A DNA stretch of 64,000 bases from Promethearchaeati archaeon SRVP18_Atabeyarchaeia-1 (GCA_037308085.1 CP147779.1:2254895-2318894), one strand, 5' to 3'. Shown: positions 48,948-58,497, counted from the stretch's first letter. A program made the numbers and translations. The notes: a model not told the origin generated them from the letters alone.

Positions 48948-49484
48948 TTAACCTGGGTTGAAGTCAGCACGGGAGTCGAGTTCCGTTCTTCTCAGCATTA
49001 ATGCAGATGTAACCGGGCAAAGCTCTTTGAATTCGGTGGTGTCCCGTATCGGCGCCGGCGCTCTGTTTCGTTTGACTTTATGGAAGCCCAATTGAGCGAA
49101 GAACCGCTCCGCTGAGGTCGTTAGTAGATAGAGTTCTTTTACTCCAACCAGTTCAGCGTTCTCTGTGAGCTCATGAACAAGCGCTTTACCGTAGCCTTTT
49201 CCACGAATCGACTCCTCGACTACCACCGAGCGAAGGAGACCCACGTTCCCGTATACCTCCAATCCACCTATTCCTATAACCTTGGAATGAGCGTATGCAA
49301 CAAACATTGAACCAGCTTTCTGGGAGATATCTTCGAACGGCAGATTGCTGGATTTGAGTAGCTCCTTAATCATAGGAAGATCCAGCCCAGTCGCCTGCCT
49401 TAGCCTTATTTCAACGCTCATACCTTGCACGCTCCTTCCGCCAAGATGCCTACGGTGAGAACTTGGACGCAATAGTGTGATCAT
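48948..49484 (-). CDS. GNAT-family N-acetyltransferase
   Basis: ORF 178 aa (probable start at internal 'MSVEIRLRQ'). 'VVVEESIRGKGYGKALVHEL' acetyl-CoA binding motif. Confidence 0.65.
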   Translation of the reverse strand: MITLLRPSSHRRHLGGRSVQGMSVEIRLRQATGLDLPMIKELLKSSNLPFEDISQKAGSMFVAYAHSKVIGIGGLEVYGNVGLLRSVVVEESIRGKGYGKALVHELTENAELVGVKELYLLTTSAERFFAQLGFHKVKRNRAPAPIRDTTEFKELCPVTSALMLRRTELDSRADFNPG

Positions 49485-49618
49485 GGTAGATAAGGGATTT
49501 GCTCAACAAAGTGAGTGCGGGTCACTTGGGAACAACAATATCCAACGGTAAGCATGTACTGGGAGACAGAACCCTAAAATACACCTTCTCTAGTGCCTAT
49601 AATGCTAGAGGAGATCCC

Positions 49619-50056
49619 ATGAAAGCAGAAAAGATGACGGAAACAGAGCTACTCAAGAAATACTTCATGCACGGAATATTCTTCTCGGTTCTAATGGACG
49701 TCATAGCAATCGGATGGGTTGTCCTCCTGGTCTTTCTAGTAGGCTTTGGCTTCTATATCGGTTTGACAATAGGGTTAGCCTTGCTCTTCATCTTCATGGG
49801 TGCAGTAAACGCCTTCGTAACAAGCAACGTCTGGAATGTCCGTATGCACGCAAACTGGGGATCAGACCTTGTGCATGGCTTCTTTCTTTTCCTCGTATTG
49901 TTCGTCATATCTCTGCCAGCTACAGCCATAGGCAATTTCCTCTTGCCATCCACCAACCCCGCTTCAGTGTTTGTCAAATTCGCTGTTCAGACGATAATTC
50001 TGGCATTTGTCTACGGCTTTGCGGCCAAGGCAGTGGCCGGCACTTGGATCGAATAA
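49619..50056 (+). CDS. small polytopic membrane protein, hypothetical
   Basis: ATG 49619 is preceded by 'gaggag' and a TATA-like 'tataatgc'. About 4 TM helices. The track ORF starts at 49499. Confidence 0.4.
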   Translation: MKAEKMTETELLKKYFMHGIFFSVLMDVIAIGWVVLLVFLVGFGFYIGLTIGLALLFIFMGAVNAFVTSNVWNVRMHANWGSDLVHGFFLFLVLFVISLPATAIGNFLLPSTNPASVFVKFAVQTIILAFVYGFAAKAVAGTWIE

Positions 50057-50304
50057 GGCAATGCCCCGTTCTCGTACCAGGGGCGTAAGCTGCAGACTAG
50101 ACCCCTTAGAGCGACAGATCCCCCCAGACAGGAAGGTTGAGTAAGAAAGAAGACAGTTAATCTTAGTCCCAGCATGTAATTGTGCCAGTTTATTGTCTCT
50201 ATTGAGGCACTCGGTTTAGGCAATCCGATGAGCCAGCATGGCAACAGGGCCATGGAGAAACTCCCAGCGCTGGGCATGGCGCGTCTATTCGGAGACCCCA
50301 CTTT

Positions 50305-52002
50305 TCAGATTATCTCCGGTGCCCTGTACTCTCCATAGACCTCCCTGAGGGCGTCGCATATTTCTCCATTTGTTGCGCACTTTCTTACCGCTTCAATGAT
50401 TGCAGGCATTAGATTTTCGTTGCCCTGCGCCAGTTCCCGTATCTTCTCGAGGGCCTTTTTAGCCTCTTCGTTGTGTCGTTTGGCTTTGAAAGCTTTTAGT
50501 CTCTTCTTCTGTCGTTCCTCCACTTCAGGCTTGACGCGGAGCACCTCCCACGAGAGTTCTTCCTCGATTGCATACTCATTCACGCCGACAATAATGCGGC
50601 CCTTGCTCTCAACTTCCTTCTGGAACCTGTATGCGCTGCTGAGGATCTCCTTCTGCGGATATCCCCTCTCGATGGCCGGAATCATTCCACCCATGTCGTC
50701 GATCTTCTTCATGTAGTCCATTGCCTGACTCTCAATTTCGTTTGTCAAGCTTTCGATGTAGAATGATCCTGCCAGTGGATCAATGGTATTTGTGACTCCG
50801 CCTTCGCTAGCAATTATCTGCTGTGTTCTCAGAGCTATTCTGACTGCTTTTTCAGATGGCAATGCGAGGGCTTCGTCCATAGAGTTGGTATGCAGCGATT
50901 GTGTCCCTCCGAGAACGGATGCCAGCGCTTGAAGTGTTACGCGAACTATGTTGTTCTCCGGTTGCTGCGCCGTGAGGGTCACACCACCCGTCTGTGTGTG
51001 GAATCGGAGCATCATTGACTCGGGGTTCTGTGCCTTAAACCTCTCTTTCATGATCTTAGCCCAAAGCCTTCTCGCGGCTCGGAACTTCGCGACCTCCTCA
51101 AGGAGGTCCATGTGTGATGCGAAGAAGAATGATAATCTCGGCGCGAAAGTGTCAACTTTCAGACCTCGTGATGTGGCGGCATCGACGTAGGCTATTCCAT
51201 CCGCCAAGGTGAATGCAACTTCCTGAACCGCTGTCGCGCCAGCTTCGCGAATATGGTAGCCGCTGATGCTTATGGTATTCCATTTTGGCACGTGCTTGAA
51301 GCAGTAATCAACTATGTCTATTGCGAGTCTCATGGAAGGCTTAGGCGGGAAAATATACGTTCCCCTTGCGATATATTCCTTGAGGACATCGTTCTGAACT
51401 GTTCCTTGAAGAACAGATTCGTCTGCGCCCTGTTTCTCAGCCGTAACTATGTAGAGGGCAAGGATCACGGGAGCCGAGGAATTGATGGTCATGGATGTGC
51501 TGACTTTGCTCAGAGGAATTCCATTGAAAAGGGTCTCCATATCCTCGATGCTGTTTATGGATACGCCTACCTTGCCTACCTCACCGTACGAGAGTTCGTG
51601 ATCCGAGTCGTAACCTATCTGGGTTGGAAGGTCAAAAGCCACGCTAAGCCCTGTCTGCCCTTCCTTCAGCAGGTATTTGAATCGCTGGTTTGTCTCCTCA
51701 GCCGACCCGAAGCCGGCGTATTGCCGCATAGTCCAAAAGCGGCCCCTATACATTGTTGGGTAAACACCTCGGGTTGCCGGGAATTCTCCGGGAAACCCAA
51801 GTTCATGTATGTAATCGGTGCTCCCGACATCCGAGAGAGTATACAGCCTCTTGACGGGTATGTTCGAGGATGATAGGAACTCTTTCTTGCGCTCAGGCGC
51901 TTTCTTCGTGTACTTTGAGAGGGTTGTCTGCTCCCACTTCTTCCGAGCCGCTTCAGTCTCATCGACTTTCTTCTCGTCGTACAAGTGCATTGTTCCCTCC
52001 AA
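50305..52002 (-). CDS. methylmalonyl-CoA mutase, large (catalytic, substrate-binding) subunit
   Basis: 565 aa. '[65 protein letters not shown]' is highly characteristic of the MCM N-terminal barrel. Confidence 0.9.
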   Translation of the reverse strand: MEGTMHLYDEKKVDETEAARKKWEQTTLSKYTKKAPERKKEFLSSSNIPVKRLYTLSDVGSTDYIHELGFPGEFPATRGVYPTMYRGRFWTMRQYAGFGSAEETNQRFKYLLKEGQTGLSVAFDLPTQIGYDSDHELSYGEVGKVGVSINSIEDMETLFNGIPLSKVSTSMTINSSAPVILALYIVTAEKQGADESVLQGTVQNDVLKEYIARGTYIFPPKPSMRLAIDIVDYCFKHVPKWNTISISGYHIREAGATAVQEVAFTLADGIAYVDAATSRGLKVDTFAPRLSFFFASHMDLLEEVAKFRAARRLWAKIMKERFKAQNPESMMLRFHTQTGGVTLTAQQPENNIVRVTLQALASVLGGTQSLHTNSMDEALALPSEKAVRIALRTQQIIASEGGVTNTIDPLAGSFYIESLTNEIESQAMDYMKKIDDMGGMIPAIERGYPQKEILSSAYRFQKEVESKGRIIVGVNEYAIEEELSWEVLRVKPEVEERQKKRLKAFKAKRHNEEAKKALEKIRELAQGNENLMPAIIEAVRKCATNGEICDALREVYGEYRAPEII

Positions 52003-52009
52003 GAGACTG

Positions 52010-52447
52010 CTATTCTCCTTTCCTGATCCTTTTCCTTAGGTACTCAACGAGGGTGCTCGTTGGTGTCCCTGGCCCAAACACCTCGTCGACGCCCATCTTC
52101 TTCAGCTCTGGGATGTCACTCTTGGGTATGATCCCTCCTCCCCATACCAGCATGTCTCCAGCGCCCTCCTTTCTCAGGAGCTCTATGACCTTCTTGAAGT
52201 AGTGTTTGTGGGTGCCGGAGAGTATGCTTAACCCTATAGCGTCAACGTCTTCTTGAACCGCGGATTTGACGATCTTCTCTGGTGTCTGCCTTATTCCAGT
52301 GTAGATGACCTCCATTCCCGCGTCTCTGAGAGCGAGGGACACAACCTTGGCTCCCCGATCGTGACCATCCAAACCGGGTTTTGCTATCAGGACTCTAATC
52401 TTTGCCTTATTTGCGCTTTCGGCCATGCTGATCAGCCTCAACGACAA
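52010..52447 (-). CDS. methylmalonyl-CoA mutase, small B12-binding subunit
   Basis: 145 aa. '[10 protein letters not shown]' cobalamin-binding DxHxxG motif. 8 bp from the large-subunit gene. Confidence 0.9.
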   Translation of the reverse strand: MSLRLISMAESANKAKIRVLIAKPGLDGHDRGAKVVSLALRDAGMEVIYTGIRQTPEKIVKSAVQEDVDAIGLSILSGTHKHYFKKVIELLRKEGAGDMLVWGGGIIPKSDIPELKKMGVDEVFGPGTPTSTLVEYLRKRIRKGE

Positions 52448-52575
52448 TCATGATCCTATCTTCGCTTCAACTTGCATATCTGAATTTTGGTGGACCAAAG
52501 ATTTTCTGGGGAGATGCCGTTGATTTGCCCAGACTCATAAGAGGCAGGCGCTTTGTTTGCAGGGCTAGACTCCCT

Positions 52576-53874
52576 TCAATGACCCAAGTCACCCAATGAG
52601 AGTAGCGGTTCTCCTATTCCCTCTTGATTCTGCCTCTCTTTCTCTATTGCCTTGCGCAGGTTTGTATTCCCGCCATAGTTGAAGATGCCGAGTAATTTGA
52701 TTGCGTTCCGATACTCTTCCTCGGCCTGTTTATCATTTCCCGAGAGTCTCATTAGTCGGGCAATGTTTATGTAGCTCATTATATTGTCCCTGAACAGGAG
52801 TATTGAATTCCTGAACCTCTCAAGCGCGTTCTCTTTGTTTCCCAGATTGAACTCCTTTCCCCCCTGGCAGAAAAGGCGATCTGACAGTCTCTTTAGAACT
52901 TCCTCCGAAAATGATCCTGCCTCTTCTTCTCCAGCAGCTTCTCTGCTCTGCGTAGATTCTCCGGAAAGAGTATCGAGGATAGATTTTCCTTTTGATGAAA
53001 TGGCTTTGTATAGTGCCTGTTTCCCCATATCGCGGACGAGTCTGAATGTCTCTTTCTGTTTTCCTGGCATCACTGGCATTGTTTTGAATACTCTGACCAT
53101 TTTCCCTGTGAAGCCGGCCTTTTCGATTTCAGTGAAGACTTCGTGCAAGTTGGGGAACCTTTGCAATAGTCCGATGAGACAGAGCGCAACTCGGGGGCTG
53201 TAAACTCCGAGTTCGACTGCAACTTCTGCTGCCTCTATTTCTGTAATATCCCCAAGACTATTGTGTTCGACCATCTTGGAGGTCAAGAAGTCGATCGAAT
53301 TCTCTAAATCGAGTGTCTCATTCTCGTTTGAGACGTCGATGGCGCACTCCCTATTAAGATTCTTTCTGAAAGATGCCATAAACTGAAGTGGCCAATATCG
53401 CTCTGGTTTAATAGAAGTGACTCTAAGAGTGGGTCGGTTCTTTTCCACCGTGAATGATTCTTGTCTGATGTTTTCAAAGCCGGTTTTTCTCAAGAGGTCT
53501 ACAATCAGGTTTCTCGGAAAGCAAAAAATGTGCCTCATGCCAATAGAGCCCAGTCCGTATATCCACACTAGGAGATCGCTCTTGTCTTTCTCGCCGGCTT
53601 TGGTGAAAAGCCTAAAGGCGGCTTCAATGTCAGGAGTTTCTACTAGGAGGCAGCCGCTTGGCTTCAGAACTCTGAACCATTCGCTTAGCGCGTAAATCGA
53701 CTTGGCGAATCCCAGATGCTCGATTACTTGGCATGCATCAATTCTTTCGACACTATTGTCCTGGTACCTGAGGTCTGCTGCGTCCTGTATCTCGTCAGCA
53801 ACGATGTCGTCGTATGCATCCACATTGACGTAGCCCTTCTTGTATACCCTGCCACAGCCCAAGTTGATTCTCAT
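52576..53874 (-). CDS. class-I SAM-dependent methyltransferase fused to C-terminal TPR repeats
   Basis: 432 aa. 'LGCGRV...VDAYDD...LKPSGCLLVETPD' (Methyltransf_11-like). C-terminal TPR-like helices. 15 bp downstream of the small paralog gene. Confidence 0.65.
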   Translation of the reverse strand: MRINLGCGRVYKKGYVNVDAYDDIVADEIQDAADLRYQDNSVERIDACQVIEHLGFAKSIYALSEWFRVLKPSGCLLVETPDIEAAFRLFTKAGEKDKSDLLVWIYGLGSIGMRHIFCFPRNLIVDLLRKTGFENIRQESFTVEKNRPTLRVTSIKPERYWPLQFMASFRKNLNRECAIDVSNENETLDLENSIDFLTSKMVEHNSLGDITEIEAAEVAVELGVYSPRVALCLIGLLQRFPNLHEVFTEIEKAGFTGKMVRVFKTMPVMPGKQKETFRLVRDMGKQALYKAISSKGKSILDTLSGESTQSREAAGEEEAGSFSEEVLKRLSDRLFCQGGKEFNLGNKENALERFRNSILLFRDNIMSYINIARLMRLSGNDKQAEEEYRNAIKLLGIFNYGGNTNLRKAIEKERQNQEGIGEPLLSLGDLGH

Positions 53875-53889
53875 GGATCAAGCTATGTC

Positions 53890-54246
53890 TCAGGAACGAA
53901 ATATCCTTTTCTTCAAGTCTCTCTTGGTCGTAACACTGTACATCGGCTGTACTCCTCCAGGGGGAATGGGGTGACCGTAAAGGCCAGATGGTTGTGTAGG
54001 GGGATTGCCAGTCAGAAGGAAGAGAAATAGCGCCGCGATGAAGATCTCGACGGGGAAGAAGATGTACCAGTACTTCGTGACCAGAAGCTTCACGCCTGAA
54101 GAAGTTCCTCTCCTGTAAAGCCTTTCAACGTCATTCTTGTCAAGTCCTATAAGGCTGCCCGCAGCATAGATATCAGAAAGATCCGGTTTCTCGGGAGCCG
54201 CGTTTTCCTTCAGCAACTCCTTCATAACTCGCGCATATACACCCAT
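53890..54246 (-). CDS. single-pass membrane protein, paralog 1 of a tandem pair in the rSAM operon
   Basis: 118 aa. Conserved N-terminal module 'EKPDLSDIYAAGSLIGLDKNDVERLYRRG', one TM, a Pro/Ser/Tyr-rich tail, and conserved 'RDLKKR' near the C-terminus. Confidence 0.55.
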   Translation of the reverse strand: MGVYARVMKELLKENAAPEKPDLSDIYAAGSLIGLDKNDVERLYRRGTSSGVKLLVTKYWYIFFPVEIFIAALFLFLLTGNPPTQPSGLYGHPIPPGGVQPMYSVTTKRDLKKRIFRS

Positions 54247-54303
54247 TTAGTACCCTCACCTGCTGATTGTTCATACGGATTCGCTTCGCCCTCTTAGCAA
54301 CTA

Positions 54304-54654
54304 TCAAGTTAAGAGAGATTTCTTCTTGAGGTCTGCTCTGCTAATAACATTGTACCTTGCGCCAGAGGGGTATACCTGAGACGGATTAGATGGAGGGCTT
54401 CCAGATAACGCGTACGCAAGCAAAATAGCGAGGGCGGCTACGACGATTATGATCGGCAGGAAAATCCACGGTCGCTTGGCAAGAACGGTTCTCACCCTCG
54501 AAGAAGCAGGTCCCCGGTGGATTCTGGCTATGTCTTCCTTGTCTAGACCTAGTAGGCTCCCAGCGGCACTGATTTCTGCAATGTCGGGTTTTTCAATTGG
54601 CTTGGAACCCGAAAGGATTTCCCCTAAAATGTGCTTGCTGCTGTTCAAACTCAA
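54304..54654 (-). CDS. single-pass membrane protein, paralog 2 of the tandem pair in the rSAM operon
   Basis: 116 aa. 'EKPDIAEISAAGSLLGLDKEDIARIHRG', one TM, tail 'SGSPPSNPSQVYPSGARYNV', and 'ADLKKK'. Clear paralogy to 53890..54246. Confidence 0.55.
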   Translation of the reverse strand: MSLNSSKHILGEILSGSKPIEKPDIAEISAAGSLLGLDKEDIARIHRGPASSRVRTVLAKRPWIFLPIIIVVAALAILLAYALSGSPPSNPSQVYPSGARYNVISRADLKKKSLLT

Positions 54655-54687
54655 CCCTCCTCAAACCTAATTGCGGTCAGACCGTAT

Positions 54688-55731
54688 TTAGCCCTTTCTC
54701 ATGTCCGACTCTATCCTATAGTAACAGTAGGCATTCTCCCTTCTCTTTGCAGTATTGTACGCCACTGAGAGGCAGCCTCCCCTGCAGATCGCTGCATGGG
54801 GACATGTGCGACAGAAACCAGACAGGGAGGATTCTTTGAACCGCCGGTTGTAGGCGAAGGAATCTGCGTCATTCCAGAGGTTGACAAGTCCCCGCTCCCT
54901 GACATTCCCCTCGATGAAGTCGTCAGGCAATGCGAGGCAGCCCTTTACATTTCCGTTGCTTTGAATGCCTAAGTTTGTGATTCCTGCCTGGCAGCCATTC
55001 CAGTCGCCGACTCCTCGGAATGGTATCACGCTCGAGTAGTAGCCAGAGTCGTGAGCGCCTGCCACTGGCATATCTTTTAAGCTATGCTTCTTTCTCAGCG
55101 ATGCCATGAACAAGCCGACAGAGTAGAATTCCAGTGGGGACAACATGTACTCCTCGCTGAATCTGCCAAAAGGTGATGCCATTTGAATCTGCCAGACAAT
55201 ATCCTTTTTCAGTATCATGTGCCCGATCTCGGGAAGTTCCCTGAAGTTGAGTTTGTGTACTGCCGTGATAATACTCACTGGTAGCTTCTTGTCCTTTAGT
55301 AAGCTAAGGGCTTTGACAGATTTTGTGAATGATCCCTTCGCACTCCGTATGTGGTCGTGTGTGCCCGGGTTTGAGCCATCAATGCTTATTCCTACTGCGT
55401 CCGGTTCGAGCTTTGATATTTGAGTCGCCATTCTCTCATCGATCATAAGTCCATTCGAGACGATTGAGAGGCTCATCCGCAGCCGCTTAACCTCTTCAGC
55501 AATTTCAAACCAGTCGTCTCGAAGGAAAACCTCTCCGCCAATTAACGCGACTCCTCCACAACCGATCTTCTTAAGGTCGCTACACAGCCTTATCGATTCC
55601 TCCGTCGTCAGTTCATCTGGTCTCGCTTTTCCAGCGGAGGAACCGCAGTGGAGGCATCTCATGTTACACTTCAGGGTTACCTCCCAGACTGCACAAGCAG
55701 GAGCGTACACGTTCCCTCTCTCCATCTTCAT
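54688..55731 (-). CDS. radical SAM enzyme with C-terminal SPASM domain (peptide/protein-modifying maturase type)
   Basis: CxxxCxxC 'CNMRCLHC', 'GGEVFL', and C-terminal 'GFCRTCPHAAICRGGCLSVAY' SPASM cysteines. Start chosen at 'MKMERG' (55731). The track ORF extends to 55848 through an AT-rich promoter-like stretch. Confidence 0.8.
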   Translation of the reverse strand: MKMERGNVYAPACAVWEVTLKCNMRCLHCGSSAGKARPDELTTEESIRLCSDLKKIGCGGVALIGGEVFLRDDWFEIAEEVKRLRMSLSIVSNGLMIDERMATQISKLEPDAVGISIDGSNPGTHDHIRSAKGSFTKSVKALSLLKDKKLPVSIITAVHKLNFRELPEIGHMILKKDIVWQIQMASPFGRFSEEYMLSPLEFYSVGLFMASLRKKHSLKDMPVAGAHDSGYYSSVIPFRGVGDWNGCQAGITNLGIQSNGNVKGCLALPDDFIEGNVRERGLVNLWNDADSFAYNRRFKESSLSGFCRTCPHAAICRGGCLSVAYNTAKRRENAYCYYRIESDMRKG

Positions 55732-55895
55732 GAATCTGAAACAAGCAGACGGTACCTTATCTCCTTTTTGGGGAACAGAGATCTGAGCGACTCTGTCTCT
55801 TACTTGGAGAAAGAGATATAGATAGATATTTGTCGTGTACGTGAGCATATCTATACTGGCGTTCCGGATTGTGGGATCTCGAGGTGACGGGTTGA

Positions 55896-56339
55896 ATGTT
55901 GTGGGTCACTAGGAAGCAGCCTCATGTCGATCGGTGCGCCTCAGCATGGCTCATCAGAAGGTGGATCGATAAGGAGGCGGAGTTCGAGTTCATCTCAAGG
56001 GATGAGCCAATACCGAAGGGCTCGATCGCTTTTACGCTGCCGAAGGCCGAGATTAAGCCAGTCGAGGGCAAGACGACGACGTTCGACGCTCTGGCGAAGA
56101 GATACGGCGTTCAGGATGCGGTTGCCCTGAAGGTGGGCACCTTCATACACGATTTCGAAGTAGACGCCGAGGAGAACCCGAGTAGAGTCAGGTTTAAGGA
56201 GACCCTCGGGCTATGCTACGTACTTAAAGGTCTAGAGAAGGTATCCAGAACCGATCATGAAACGATCGAGAAAGCAATGGCCGTTGTAGATGCTTTCTTC
56301 GCTTCATTGAAAGAGGCACTGTCATCTGAATCCCCGTGA
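55896..56339 (+). CDS. ChrB C-terminal-domain-like (chromate-resistance-associated) protein
   Basis: 147 aa. 'VDRCASAWLIRRWIDKEAEFEFI' resembles the conserved ChrB C-terminal domain motif. Tentative. Confidence 0.4.
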   Translation: MLWVTRKQPHVDRCASAWLIRRWIDKEAEFEFISRDEPIPKGSIAFTLPKAEIKPVEGKTTTFDALAKRYGVQDAVALKVGTFIHDFEVDAEENPSRVRFKETLGLCYVLKGLEKVSRTDHETIEKAMAVVDAFFASLKEALSSESP

Positions 56340-56348
56340 ACTTGGTGA

Positions 56349-56975
56349 GTGGATTTGATACTTGGCATATGTGGAAGCCCCAGGAAAAAGGCAACGGACT
56401 ATGTCCTCAGGGAAACTCTCAAGATGGTTGAAGCGGCGGGTCACGAAACGGAGTTCTTTGGAGTTCTGGGCAGGAATATGTCGCCTTGCCTGCACTGCGA
56501 CTACTGCCTTAAGAATAAGAAATGCAAAGTCGAGGACGACATGCAACATCTCTATCCTCTCCTGAGAACCGCCCAGGGAATTATCATCGCAACTCCAGTC
56601 TACATGGGAGGAGTCAGCGCGCAGACGAAGATTGCTATGGACAGATGCAGAGCGCTATTTGCCGCGGACAGAGACGTTCTCAGAGGGAAGGTTGGCATGG
56701 CGATTGCTGTGGGTGGTGATCGTGTGGGAGGACAAGAGTTGGCAATACAGCAGATAATGACATTCTACATTATCAATGGGGTGACTCCTATAAGCGGAGG
56801 CTCTTTTGGAGCCAACCTCGGTGCGACATTTTGGTCGAAAGACACGCTCGACGGAGTCAAGGAAGATGAGGAGGGTTTTAGAACTCTGAAGAAGACAGTT
56901 AAGAAATTCACAAGTGCACTGAGCGAACCAAGCGCAAGGAAGGATGCCGCAGTTCGGACAATCCCTTCAACTTGA
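56349..56975 (+). CDS. iron-sulfur flavoprotein (Isf) / NADPH-dependent FMN reductase family
   Basis: 208 aa. Flavodoxin-like 'ILGICGSPRK' start and a compact Cys cluster 'CLHCDYCLKNKKC' typical of archaeal Isf. Confidence 0.7.
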   Translation: MDLILGICGSPRKKATDYVLRETLKMVEAAGHETEFFGVLGRNMSPCLHCDYCLKNKKCKVEDDMQHLYPLLRTAQGIIIATPVYMGGVSAQTKIAMDRCRALFAADRDVLRGKVGMAIAVGGDRVGGQELAIQQIMTFYIINGVTPISGGSFGANLGATFWSKDTLDGVKEDEEGFRTLKKTVKKFTSALSEPSARKDAAVRTIPST

Positions 56976-57009
56976 GGTGAGATTAGGAGTGAATGAGGGG
57001 AAGAAACGC

Positions 57010-57567
57010 ATGGATAGGAGAAAGGTGGCTTGGGGCATCACGGGGAGCGGGGAGAAACTACCTGAGACCGTGAATGTCATGAAGGTGGTCAAGCAGGAGT
57101 TCGAGGACAGAGTTGATCTGCGAGTCTACGCGTCAAAAGCTGGTGATCAGGTTCTTAAGTACTATAAGTTGACTCAATACGTGGAGGGCAACTTCGGGAG
57201 AGTCTGGGTCGAGATCAACTCTAACTCGCCTTTTCTCGCCGGGCAGCTGCAGTCGGGCAAGTTCGAGTTTCTGGTGATCGCTCCCACGACCTCTAACACC
57301 GTGGCGAAGATTGCAGTGGGATTGGGGGACAGCATGCTCTCCAACTCAGCCATCATGAGCCTCAAAGCCTCGGTTCCTGTCTACTTGATGCCTTCGGATC
57401 AGTTAGAAGGGACTTTGAGTACTATACTCCCCAGCGGAAAAAGCCTACTACTGAAGATAAGAAAGGAAGATGCGGATAACGTTAGAAAACTGGCGGCAAT
57501 GGAAAGCATGCACATACTTGAGAAGCCCGAAGACATTCTGCATGTCTTTAGAAGACACTTTGGCTGA
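57010..57567 (+). CDS. archaeal flavoprotein (AfpA / CoaC-like Flavoprotein family)
   Basis: ATG 57010 ('MDRRKVAWGITGSG'). 'IAPTTSNTVAKIAVGLGDSML' matches the PPC-decarboxylase-like flavoprotein fold. The track ORF begins at 56944 overlapping the Isf gene. Confidence 0.65.
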   Translation: MDRRKVAWGITGSGEKLPETVNVMKVVKQEFEDRVDLRVYASKAGDQVLKYYKLTQYVEGNFGRVWVEINSNSPFLAGQLQSGKFEFLVIAPTTSNTVAKIAVGLGDSMLSNSAIMSLKASVPVYLMPSDQLEGTLSTILPSGKSLLLKIRKEDADNVRKLAAMESMHILEKPEDILHVFRRHFG

Positions 57568-57585
57568 TGGGTGAACCGTTGGACG

Positions 57586-58497
57586 CTAATTGGTTTTCCG
57601 CTTCAGCTTCTCTTTGGTCAGTCTTCTATTGTCCTCAGCCAGTTTGAATGCGGGATCCATCTTCAGCGCGTTGTCATAGCACCGTATTGCCTCACTGAGA
57701 TCACCGAGTTCGTCAAAGGCAACACCCATATTGTACCAAGCGTTGCTGTCTTGAGGCTCTATTTTGAGGGATTCATAGAGACTACTCGTTGCCTCTTTGA
57801 ACCTGCCTAGCTTGTTGAGGAGCAGACCCCTGTCACGCCAGGCGTCGGCATTCTTTGGCTGCATTCTAGTCGCTTGGTCTAAACTTTCCATCGCTTGATC
57901 ATACCAGCCAAGGCTAAACAGGGCACTGCCTTTGCCGTACAATGCTTTATCGTCTTTCGGGTTTGCTTTGAGCATGTGGTCGTAACACTCTAGTGCTTCG
58001 TTGAAGGAGCCACGCATAGCAAAGGCGACACCTTTGTTGTACCATGCGTCCTTGTTTTCCGGTTCTATTCTCAGCACTTGGTTGAAGCTGGCTATGGCTT
58101 CTTTCGTCATGCCAAGCTTCATGAGAGCAAGGCCTCTATGGTGCCAAGTGGTCGCGTCCACCGCCCTCAATTTGAGAGATCTGTCGAAGCATTCCAAGGC
58201 TTCTTTGAACCTGCCGAGTTTGCTGAACTCTATGCCATTCTTAAGCCACTCGGTAGCCTCTTTCTCCTGTCTGGACGATTCTGGCAAGAATGCGCCTCCT
58301 GTAATTCGAGATCTTGTTGGGGTTCGCACTATCTCTGTATTGATGCCGTCGGCGAAGAGAATATTAATTAGTAGAGAATCAGTCCTTAGTCTTGCGGGCT
58401 TTCTTAATGCCTTCCCCCTGGTACCTTCCATTGTAGGCTGAACTCGCTTCCATCGCGTCTGTGACGACAAATTGGAACCAGCGCTCATTTTCCGCAA
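57586..58497 (-). CDS. TPR-repeat protein (true start probably downstream of 58497)
   Basis: At least 6 TPR units ('AWYNKGVAFAMRGSFNEALECYDHMLKANP'). The N-terminal about 40 codons overlap the upstream dCD-like gene and are probably not translated. Confidence 0.6.
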   Translation of the reverse strand: MRKMSAGSNLSSQTRWKRVQPTMEGTRGKALRKPARLRTDSLLINILFADGINTEIVRTPTRSRITGGAFLPESSRQEKEATEWLKNGIEFSKLGRFKEALECFDRSLKLRAVDATTWHHRGLALMKLGMTKEAIASFNQVLRIEPENKDAWYNKGVAFAMRGSFNEALECYDHMLKANPKDDKALYGKGSALFSLGWYDQAMESLDQATRMQPKNADAWRDRGLLLNKLGRFKEATSSLYESLKIEPQDSNAWYNMGVAFDELGDLSEAIRCYDNALKMDPAFKLAEDNRRLTKEKLKRKTN

